A stretch of DNA of 64,000 nt from Dudresnaya verticillata. Lineage: Eukaryota. Below are positions 45,501-53,783 of the stretch, in pieces; position 1 is the first letter of the stretch, and every line of letters begins with the position of its first letter. The position numbers and the translations under genes were made by a program. The notes beneath the pieces are model-generated. The model was not told the origin of the DNA and ran no database searches. It saw only the letters and a program-made list of their open reading frames with translations. The stretch covers positions 620,001 through 684,000 of the forward strand of contig OZ374566.1 in NCBI GenBank assembly GCA_977862235.1. Reading direction: 5' to 3'.

Positions 45501-45625
45501 GGTAGCCGGAATCGGCAAAGCGGGCGGCCGGAGAAGGCCGTGGCGGCAAGCGGGCGGTAGCGGGCGCGCCGGGCGGGGGGCGGCGGTGTTGCAAAAAGCG
45601 GGGGGGTTGTGCCGCGGGGTGGCAT
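42527..45625 (-). CDS. Plastid-targeted tandem COG0523/CobW (G3E GTPase) metallochaperone
   Basis: C-terminal module has GFLGSGKTT, NGCICC, VETTG, SKTD, a His-rich loop and CobW_C (RAKG...NQLVIIG). N-terminal module is a degenerate G domain plus CobW_C (RARRPFHP...GDRETEIVFVG). Pro/Arg/Ala transit peptide. Confidence 0.9.
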   Translation of the reverse strand: MPPRGTTPPLFATPPPPARRARYRPLAATAFSGRPLCRFRLPAQPRPARVIVLAVQTRPVSGDSDGEVRDAPQKSYSVGVTIVSGCDARLRRNVIEKIAARSDAGRVVVVTTGGIVSTDEPDGRVVMEETVLGEDANAPEPKPEELNGVATPVPQEVSDAAPTPVENLEGWISCSSPEEMAEVVAKLAAGRDCDYIVAEGSTGSSMEPQDLARLLHSRGGASLRVDSLVSVLDGDTVLHDLSANAPLSSSEQDVMDAPEIPVDTADTAAMHDSTDTRPMAVISLVENANVIVVSSSADDVQPESLSMVQNLLSVLNGSASILPATDDIVPVDQLVNTNAYDHESVMQGATWKKVLIASRNAGKGLTRPVLPKSVKDSTFVFRARRPFHPTRLYEHIKAVATFQGVIRSTGRIWLATRMLAPLVWNQAGVAATLSLGKLFWAAVPEADWPQDEEREKIMENWDTQYGDRETEIVFVGMGIDKERLQGLLDGCLLQDEEMVFTNMWENFEDPFVEWVPLIDEEDEASHEHDVEAAAEAQLNSTNPSTEDVLEGEAGTAEELLSEESTSGEGETSEDPRGALEENGGQIDPMELPDEEYEKISALEIFERGFPVDDDEPASNSALMPQPADDGAYDEDDVVIASWEGDVADGILTQMPKSGLPVTVVTGFLGSGKTTLLNYILSANHGLRIAVLVNEYGEIDIDNQLVEKGDWNSGDEVIELANGCICCSINDSFVNAVSTILERRDTIDYLVVETTGVADPVPVINSLMVSDIAGKVRVDGILTLVDAENFNSETNMNSEAALSQIMAADTILLSKTDIADPQKVQGTIEYIKSIRPAARILRSQRGRVPISMVLDVGVRVSDSPAHLNPVKKTHAIDTNESEHGHDCGHDHDHHQDHSAHDHDHSSEHAHSHNHECGTGCADESHSHDHSNHLEADGFVTTSFKSDAALDPELFMDKFLQQLPEGVFRAKGLLRFYGFGGRYVFQLSGRRYQFEEDDWPDGVAPGNQLVIIGRDLDIDSLRNTLEACLAEEQT

Positions 45626-46032
45626 TGCGCTGCAGATGAAGTTGCGAGGCGGGCACAACCGGACGGTGATGCGGATGGCGGCAAGGTGTGTGTCGAGATT
45701 GTCAAGGGTGGGGTCCCGCCGCGGGTATGCCGCTGCGCTGGGATCGCACGCTCCGACGAAATCTCGGCACGGGCTGTAAGAGCTGTGTAAGCCTCGGATT
45801 TTCTACAGCCTGTCTTGTGATATGGCGTCGTTGATTGGCCTGTTGGGATGATGCGCTGTTGATGTCAAATGATAGCAGCCTGAGATTTTTTGTTCGACCA
45901 ACGTTGGCCGTTGGGCCGTGCTCTGTGACTCTATTGGCTGGTGTGCATTTCTGTAGCCAATTGCCATACATGAGCGATCATTGGTTTCAATTGATTTACT
46001 CACTTTCACATCTAACTTTTGTCGACCCTTGA

Positions 46033-46090
46033 ACTCAATTTGTACATCACCCAACTCTTTTAACTCAGTTTGCACATCACCCAATCCTCT
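46033..46090. repeat. 30-bp tandem duplication (2 copies)
   Basis: aactcaatttgtacatcacccaactctttt followed by aactcagtttgcacatcacccaatcctct. Confidence 0.65.
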
Positions 46091-47795
46091 CCCTCCACTT
46101 GGCCCTTCTACTGGCGCTCCCGCCAAAACCAAGACATGGCACCGACTGGGATTCTGTTCGCACCAACATGTTAACGGCAAAGTGGACTGGGAATCTGCGC
46201 CTCACATTTCAGCTTTCTACAAGAGAAGCTACACGTAACCCTACCTTCACGCGCCACAGTTGAACAACAATTGGAGCATGTCCGGGCTAAGGCGTGGCAG
46301 TGGTGCTGTTGGGGCAAGGTACATACAACAAGCCTTGTATGATACAAGGCTTGTCCGCAGTTTCCTCAGCTACAGAAGGAAACCGTTTGTCGCCTTCGGC
46401 AAGAAGTTACAAACCGCTGTGAGAGTGCGATTGAGGTCACAAATCGATTTCGAAAAATCCCATAGTGCTTGCAATTGTTCCCATGGCATCGCCATGACTG
46501 ACGTTTGAGATTTCTATCGACTTCTGCCCCTTCTCTACAGCAACTATCAAGTATTTCTTCTCTGAGTACCCTTAAGACTAGCTCCTTCCTTCCGAATCTC
46601 GTTTACCTGAATTGATGATGACAACTGGTTCGCCACTACACAACACATGCTCTTGAACAAGGCTCTATTGTATATGCTGAATTGACTAACTTTCTCAGCT
46701 TGGATGTACTCTGTAATGGTTCCAACAGCTAGAATAGAACCCATATCACTCATTGTGATGTTTGTTGTTGGGCTTACAATCGCCCTCGCTTCGTGCTACA
46801 TTACTAAACTTTGATATAGTACCCTATTCTAATGTCCGATATCAAACTCATAAGAAAGCACATGTACTGAAAAGGGTACAATCTGCCAGTATTACTTCAA
46901 TACTTCAAGCGCAGAACAAATGAACAGTGTGACGCGTCACAGCAGCTACTGAGAAGAAGTATTCACAGTGCATCATATCCCAACGTCCTTAGTCGATCTC
47001 TGGAACCGACTGAGAACGCTGGCGAAGCCAATCGACTCACTGTCCGTAACACGCCATGCGTTGCTCATGGCTACATTAGCATGTCGCAGAACTGCTACAG
47101 CGAATAAATGCAGCGTTCTTCAAAAGCTCTTTTTTGCCATCTCGGTACTGTGGCAGTACAGAGTCTCTAGAAAGCCCCACCAGGAGCAGTAGCGATGACT
47201 TTTTGAATTGATGTGAAAAATACCATTAAACTAGCGTTGTCTCCTTCGACATCAATTAAACAATTGTGCGGTTCTGGGGAACACTACTATTGTATTCACC
47301 ACTTGTTTTCCACAAATACAGGTCATCCCGTCACTTGTCATTAAATACATATACTCTACACTATTGTTTCTATACGGCAAGCTCATGATGTCTCTCTTTG
47401 TTCCTCTGAGAGATTTTTCTCCTTTCTTATGGAGAATGCCATAGGCTTGTCATCTATCTGTACTCTACCAGAATCGACGGCTTCCGCAAGAATTGTCAGT
47501 AGGACACAATACTACGACAGCATATCCTGCACACGCAATCGATTGCATTCGCCCAGTACGCCACATTCAGGCTGGGCCTGTCTCAGATTGCACTAGGATT
47601 GCTTGTCTTCAAGGAGAGAATTCCTAAAGCCAAGTGCAATCTGGGACGATATGACGAGGGGGCCAAAGCCAGCGTATTTAAAGCCTGGCTTTCTCTCGTT
47701 TCTCTCCGTTTGCCTCCCCACCAAGCTGCATGACCACTTCTGGGTTCTTGGTGCTACCACTACAAACTAGGCAACTGGTTTAAGTCTGTGTCGCG

Positions 47796-49250
47796 ATGAG
47801 TTCTGTATATCCCTATCCAGGGCATAGGAGAATGGGGATTCCTACAAGTGCTTCCTCTCCCGGTCTACCGAAAAACTCCTCCATGTTTAAAAACAACGGT
47901 ATCGTAAACAAGGATATCACTGAATTCGGTTTGTTTGACATTACTGACAACGAAGGTAACGTCAAACTAGATCAACCCACCCGCTGTATTAGGTTTGCTT
48001 CCGCCGCAGCCCATTTGGATTCTGTTTTAAGTCCACGGAGAGCTCCGGCATCTTCTACGTTAGTGAAGCGCCCATCTACGGGCCTTGACAACTCGAGCAA
48101 TATATCTTCTACATCCCAGAACAACTCGACCGACATACCGGATCCAATGGTTGAAAGATCGCCCTTTCTAGAGACTGAGCCCGTAACCCCAAGCACAACA
48201 AAAAAGTCTTCTGTTTTTTCAGCCGGGCCGTCCGTTAAGGAACTCGTTAAGCTGTTCGAAGCTGCCGATTGTGCAGATCCCAAAGAGGAGGGTTCTTTTT
48301 CTGGCAACTTCCGTCAGAAGTCTGGCAAGGGCAAACAGGTAGTCCCACATACTGCAACAAAAACCAGCTCTGTGACTGCCAAACAAGCTGTGGACACGCA
48401 AGAAAAGCAGATAAAGCTCAGAAGTGCTGGCGACTTTTTGAACAAACATGTTTCAAATGGCCCTGTGATAGAAGCGACCAAGAAGCTGAAAAACTTGGCG
48501 TCACCCGTGACCCCGGTAAGGGCTTCATTCCAGGAGCTAGTGAATCAGGAAGGCGATGAGTGCGCTGAGATTACTCGGAAGCATTCGGTAAAGCGAGAGA
48601 GCCCGTACAGGAGACACAGTCGTCTTGACCTGCAGACTTTAATCCGAACGATTGCATCTGAACCACAGACACAAGAAACTACCAACCCAAAAGCTGCCAA
48701 AGCTAACTCTATGCCAGCTCCTACTGAGAAGGATACGAACACCTATATGAGAGGTACAGCCACGGCACGAAATCTGAGGCGCTTTAAGAGCAAGCTGAAT
48801 TTCAAAGATCGGCCTTTCTTCAAGAGTGCGAGAGACCAAGCCCAGGAAGGGCAAGGAGGACAGCAGGATAGAAACACCAACCCCGCCCAGTCCCCTGGCA
48901 GTCGAGAGGCCACAGGCAGGAGAGTCCCAGGTCGTGAAAACAGCCCCCAGCGAGATGCAAATGTCTTTCAGAATTTTATCCGCCTTCTCAGTCCACGCCA
49001 AAACCACCCAAGGCAGCGCCACGAGACCCAGGCCCAGGCTCAGACCCAGACCCAGGCCCAGATCCAGGCACAAGACGGGGCTCAGACCAAGCAGGCCCAG
49101 ACCCTGAACCAGCCCCAGCCCCACGACGGGTTGGAATCGGATCAGTCCGGCACGACTTCTGCCAATACCCCGACTGGAGTAATGGGATTTACGCAGGGTG
49201 CGCTGCAGGCTTTTCGTCGGAAGGGAACGCGAAGGCAAGGCTCTCCTTAG
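47796..49250 (+). CDS. Hypothetical low-complexity, basic protein (484 aa)
   Basis: Long ATG-initiated ORF, Ser/Thr/Lys/Gln-rich with QA/QT dipeptide repeats; TATA-like tatttaaa about 120 bp upstream. No domain recognised. Confidence 0.65.
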   Translation: MSSVYPYPGHRRMGIPTSASSPGLPKNSSMFKNNGIVNKDITEFGLFDITDNEGNVKLDQPTRCIRFASAAAHLDSVLSPRRAPASSTLVKRPSTGLDNSSNISSTSQNNSTDIPDPMVERSPFLETEPVTPSTTKKSSVFSAGPSVKELVKLFEAADCADPKEEGSFSGNFRQKSGKGKQVVPHTATKTSSVTAKQAVDTQEKQIKLRSAGDFLNKHVSNGPVIEATKKLKNLASPVTPVRASFQELVNQEGDECAEITRKHSVKRESPYRRHSRLDLQTLIRTIASEPQTQETTNPKAAKANSMPAPTEKDTNTYMRGTATARNLRRFKSKLNFKDRPFFKSARDQAQEGQGGQQDRNTNPAQSPGSREATGRRVPGRENSPQRDANVFQNFIRLLSPRQNHPRQRHETQAQAQTQTQAQIQAQDGAQTKQAQTLNQPQPHDGLESDQSGTTSANTPTGVMGFTQGALQAFRRKGTRRQGSP

Positions 49251-49392
49251 AGGCGGCCGTAGATGCGGGCGGCTTTTGGAATGTGTTCTACCATTGCGGT
49301 GGAAAGTACCGTCGCTTTCTAGTCGAAGGAGATGCTGCCCTGACAATATAGTGTATTTGCCACGCTAAGTTGCGTAGGGAGGCAAGAGTAAC

Positions 49393-49394
<2 letters not shown>

Positions 49395-49428
<34 letters not shown>
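49395..49428. repeat. Poly-C/poly-G tract (34 bp)
   Basis: Uninterrupted C run between the orphan gene and TERT. Confidence 0.9.
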
Positions 49429-49883
49429 ACCCACTCTCTAGTCACCCCACAACCCCCCAGCAACGTAGGTGCGCAAATACATAGTAACACAGGATAGTAG
49501 CTCCGTTAGAGCGGCAGCAGTAGTCCTACCCTAGGGTACCGCATGCTTCGTTCTGAAACGAGCTGCTGTACGGAACTATTCCAAGGCTGGAATTGGGAAT
49601 TTCACGTGTGTGATGCTTCCGAGTTTCCCAAGTCCGCTCGCTGTCTTCGTAAAGATAATAGCGTACTGTAATTGGACTTCGCGGGAAAATGCTGTAGATA
49701 TAGCGGAGCAGTCCGGCCCGCATTGGGAATTTCAACTCAATGCGGCGCTCGTGGTGGCTAACCATTTCGTTTCGGGCGTTGGGGTTCAGAAGCCGAACGG
49801 TGCTTTTCGGGCAGGATGAACGCCAGATCGCCTGAGCATCACCGCATTCCCGTCGCTCGTGCGCTGCAGTGCTTATTCGCGGA

Positions 49884-52800
49884 ATGACAGGGTCCATGTC
49901 CACCCACTCAAGTGAGAGGTTTCTGCGCACAGCTCGCCGCGTGTTTCCGAACACTGTTCCTTTTCAGCAATACTGCGACGAGTTGCCATCCAACTGCATC
50001 TCTTTGCAATTGGAGAAACCTGACTGCGACAAGACTCTGAGGCGTCTCGTTGAGCGTCTATACGTGGCATGGCCGTCAACCAAGTCGTACCCCAAAATTG
50101 TTGAGGTTGGGCGTCAGAACGGGTCAATTTCTTTGGATCAGATTCTGCATGATGTCATTTTGGCGTGCCTACGACGATACCCATGTGCCTACCTGGCACA
50201 AAACCGCAACGTGTTGTGCAATGGTTTCTTGGAGGGCTCTCAACACGGGAAAGGGTCTGTCTTCGCGGGATTGGATGTGCGTTCCACTTCTGCACAGATA
50301 CAAGCCTTGCGTTCACCGGTGTGGAAGCTACTTTTGCGATGCATCGGGCCCGCCTTGCTGAGGCATTTGTTGGCTAACAATGTTCTGCTTCTCTCAATCG
50401 AAGGCTCCCAAAGTGCAGCAGCTCCCAACCGGCAAACCAATGGCACGATGAAGGACACAGCCTCCTTGGTGTTTTTGCAACTTTGCGGTCCCCCACCACG
50501 AGAATGTGAGGCGAAGAAATCTGCAGCTCGATTTCGAAATGCGTCTGACATTGTCGTGAAACAAGATCTTCTGTACCACACTCCGACACACCGGGAGAAT
50601 GCTTTTACGCGTTCCCTTCGAAACACCCTGGGGAGAGACGACGCCGGACGTAAGACTCACGTCTCGTATAACGACGGTCTCCCGAAGTCTCATCACTTAC
50701 AGGGCCTTTTGGGTGACCACGCCTCTGCTAAGAAGCTAGCAATGCTCATGTTTCCAACGCTGCCGCCTGGAGATGCAGACGGAAGCAAAGCGAACTCCTC
50801 GGCTGGAGAGAAAGCAGCCAACGCTCGGAATCGCAATTTAGAAGCGCTTCCAAGCTATGATCGGCTTTCCATTGGCCTCGACCGGAATCAGAGAAGGAAT
50901 AAGAGAGGAAGCGGGTGGCTTCAAGCGAGAAAGTCGTCTTTTGGGAGACTAAGCCGTGTCGTCCCTTTGCTGCAAAAGGTTATCAAAAGAACACACAAGT
51001 TTTCTTTTCGAAGGGTGTTGGGGAAGACTTGCCCCCTACCTACTTCTGTTCATGACAAAATAAGCCAGGGATCTGCATCGAGCGAGAGCTTGATACGGAC
51101 GCATTGCGACCCAAGGGAAGTAGCGAAGTTCTTGATTGCTTGTGTGCGCCAAATGATACCGACGGAACTACTTGGGTCTAAGGAGAATCGCACAGTACTA
51201 GAAAACCACATCCAGCATTTCGTGTGTAGGAGACTTAAACGAGAAAGCCTGAGTATTCAGCGCTTTTCCACCCAAGCAGGACTGCGCCTCTCGGACGTGA
51301 GTTGGCTATATGGGCAGGGCCCGAATGGCAAGAGGGTTTCCAATCCAACAGAGCTGAGATTCCGACGAGGGCGGATAACACAGTTTTATTGCTGGCTGTT
51401 TCGTGGCGTTCTCCTCCCCCTGCTGCATCAGAACTTTTACATTACTGATGGGGACTTGCATCGAAACAGAGTCTTTTTCTTCCGACGAGAAGTTTGGTCC
51501 GAACTGGCGGATGTCGGCCATAGCCAGATCTTGCTTGCGGAGGAAAGGTTCTCAATTCTCTCGCAGGAGAAACTACTTGCCTGCGTTTCGAAGCGGTTTG
51601 ATACAATGCATTCATTGGGTTTGCGGATTTGTCCGTATCCAGTTCTCATGTATCACCAACTGCGGTTCGTCCCAAAACGTTCTTCCTTGAGAGCGATTCA
51701 AAGGCCCAAAGGGAAACTGCTGCATGGCTTTGCGGGGTGGAAGGATATGCACATGTCTGGACGCACTTTCGGTATATCGAAGATGGACGGCATGCGCACT
51801 GTTACCAAGGCAAAAGGCGTCATGAAAAAGGTGTTTCGACATATACTCAAAGTGCTTTCCAGTGAGGCATGCTCAGAGGTCGCTCTCGGCGCTTCAGTCT
51901 TCTCTCTCGATGATATCTACAAGAAGATGTTGACCCTGAAATCTCAATGGAGATCTAATCGCTGCCCGAAAATGTACTTATGCTGTGTTGACATCAAGAA
52001 CAGCTTTGACACAATTCCCCTGCAAACACTCTTTTCCGATGTGGTTCCTTCGTTGCTGTCAAGGGAACGGTACGCATGCCTGCGTTATGCAGTAGCAAAA
52101 GGATGTGCAGCCCCTGGTAGAGTTTTACAACGCCACATGGTGCATGTCTGTGCTGAACCTGGTGAGGAAGCTTCTTTCATGAGGGTAACTCGAGAGAAGC
52201 TTTCGCGTTTTCATTCCGGGGGCGTCTTCGTAGACATGGTTCAAACAATGTCACTGAGCCGCGAAGAGATATTGAAGTGCCTTCGAGAGTTCTTGATGGG
52301 CAACATTATAGCTATTCCAAGGCGAAATCGAAAGCGCTCCCAAAAAGGATTTGCTGTTCAGCGCTGTGGATTACCGCAAGGTCATCCACTTTCGTCTCTC
52401 CTGACATCTTTGTTTTATGCTCACGTTGAAAATCAAGACTTGTCTGAGTTTGTAGCGGGTAGCACATGTGCCGAGCACAATCAGAACGGCACCCTGGCAT
52501 TGAAGACAACGGCTACTGCGCCATCACCTAATCTGCTAATGAGGGTTGTTGATGACACCTTGTACTTAACATCGGACAAAGGCAAGGCACAGGGCTTCTT
52601 GAACCGAATGGAAACGGGATGGAAGACCACACATGGAGTTAGCGTCAATGTCGGTAAAACTCGATGCAGCTTCTCATCAGATAGGGATTCCCCCGAAAAT
52701 GCCGAGCCCATGCCGTGGTGCGGCCTACTGATACATCCCAAATCGCTAGAAGTGACGGTTGATTTCGCGCGCTACGGACAGAATGACGGTAGCCGTTTAC

Positions 52801-53348
52801 GAGACACATTGTCCATTGAGCACGACTACGAAGTAGGAAGAGTTTTCGCGCAACATGCTCAGACATGCTTCAAACCAAAAATGCACCCCATGTTGCTTGA
52901 TGCGCAGATGAATTCCCGGTCGACGGTAGCTTTGAATCTGTATCAGGCTGCGCTGCTCTCCTGTCTGAAGCTATCTGCTTATGCAAGAGAAATTTTGCCA
53001 ACGGACAGCCACCTGATGCATGTGATGACGGATATGCTCTCAAATTTCCAAGCGCTTGTATATCGTTCAGTGGCCTCTAGAGCTGGATTAAGTGTGTCTT
53101 GTACGCTTCCGTTGTCCCCTGTCGAGGTTCGATATTTGATTACTCATGCTTTCCAACGTTGTGTTAAGCAGAGACTTGCGCAGTGTAGGGGAATGCAGAC
53201 ACGGGTACTTCTGTGCCAGGATATGCTTGAGCAAAAACTAGCTGACGCAACCAAGGCAATCCTTGATCAAAAAGGCTCCAGAGTACAAGACCTTGCAGAG
53301 AGAATATCAGAAAGGTCCTGTGATGTTTTGTGGAATCTGAAGCTGTAG
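49884..53348 (+). CDS. TERT: Telomerase reverse transcriptase, single exon
   Basis: TEN (NVLCNGF...WKLLLRCIG), CP (KTCP), QFP (LGSKEN), T motif (FYITD...VFFFRREVW), motif 1/2 (LRFVPK..LRAI), A (VDIKNSFDTI), B' (GLPQGHPLSSLL), C (LMRVVDD), E (WCGLLI), CTE. Confidence 0.95.
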   Translation: MTGSMSTHSSERFLRTARRVFPNTVPFQQYCDELPSNCISLQLEKPDCDKTLRRLVERLYVAWPSTKSYPKIVEVGRQNGSISLDQILHDVILACLRRYPCAYLAQNRNVLCNGFLEGSQHGKGSVFAGLDVRSTSAQIQALRSPVWKLLLRCIGPALLRHLLANNVLLLSIEGSQSAAAPNRQTNGTMKDTASLVFLQLCGPPPRECEAKKSAARFRNASDIVVKQDLLYHTPTHRENAFTRSLRNTLGRDDAGRKTHVSYNDGLPKSHHLQGLLGDHASAKKLAMLMFPTLPPGDADGSKANSSAGEKAANARNRNLEALPSYDRLSIGLDRNQRRNKRGSGWLQARKSSFGRLSRVVPLLQKVIKRTHKFSFRRVLGKTCPLPTSVHDKISQGSASSESLIRTHCDPREVAKFLIACVRQMIPTELLGSKENRTVLENHIQHFVCRRLKRESLSIQRFSTQAGLRLSDVSWLYGQGPNGKRVSNPTELRFRRGRITQFYCWLFRGVLLPLLHQNFYITDGDLHRNRVFFFRREVWSELADVGHSQILLAEERFSILSQEKLLACVSKRFDTMHSLGLRICPYPVLMYHQLRFVPKRSSLRAIQRPKGKLLHGFAGWKDMHMSGRTFGISKMDGMRTVTKAKGVMKKVFRHILKVLSSEACSEVALGASVFSLDDIYKKMLTLKSQWRSNRCPKMYLCCVDIKNSFDTIPLQTLFSDVVPSLLSRERYACLRYAVAKGCAAPGRVLQRHMVHVCAEPGEEASFMRVTREKLSRFHSGGVFVDMVQTMSLSREEILKCLREFLMGNIIAIPRRNRKRSQKGFAVQRCGLPQGHPLSSLLTSLFYAHVENQDLSEFVAGSTCAEHNQNGTLALKTTATAPSPNLLMRVVDDTLYLTSDKGKAQGFLNRMETGWKTTHGVSVNVGKTRCSFSSDRDSPENAEPMPWCGLLIHPKSLEVTVDFARYGQNDGSRLRDTLSIEHDYEVGRVFAQHAQTCFKPKMHPMLLDAQMNSRSTVALNLYQAALLSCLKLSAYAREILPTDSHLMHVMTDMLSNFQALVYRSVASRAGLSVSCTLPLSPVEVRYLITHAFQRCVKQRLAQCRGMQTRVLLCQDMLEQKLADATKAILDQKGSRVQDLAERISERSCDVLWNLKL

Positions 53349-53783
53349 TGATGGCTTTGTGCAACACTGTTTTTTCATGCATGTGCCGTCCCCGTGCAAT
53401 TACGCATTCGGTTGCAGGTCGTGTAAATTAATGTGAGGGAACACCACACACAAATACCTTGTTACGGCATGATTTATTAGACCCATTTCGTAGTCGCGGC
53501 CATCTGTTTGCAGCTCCCGACGTCTTGCACCGAATGTGGTTGATCAAACCCACGCTTTTCTCCTCGCAAATACATGGTATTGCCCGCCAGTGAACAACCT
53601 TCTGAATTGGCTTTCGTGCCTTACCACCATCAGACCTCCAAGCCTCTCCTAAAACCATACAAATACTTCGTGGGATCTTGTAACGCTGTGTTTCTTCAAC
53701 GTATTCTGCCATTTCCAGAAAGCACCAGCACGTACGGCAGGTATCGATCGAAAGAGGAAAACATCGGACATGATGGGCAAATG

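Noticed and set aside
2270..45937. CCAAT/ATTGG boxes upstream of several genes
   Set aside because: 5-mers occur often by chance, and enrichment cannot be shown without counting.
49884..53348. Retroelement reverse transcriptase
   Set aside because: Has telomerase-specific TEN/CP/QFP/T motifs and no gag, endonuclease, integrase or LTRs.
45700..53780. Telomerase RNA near TERT
   Set aside because: No template can be identified without knowing the telomere repeat, and no clear Pol III promoter/terminator pair was seen.
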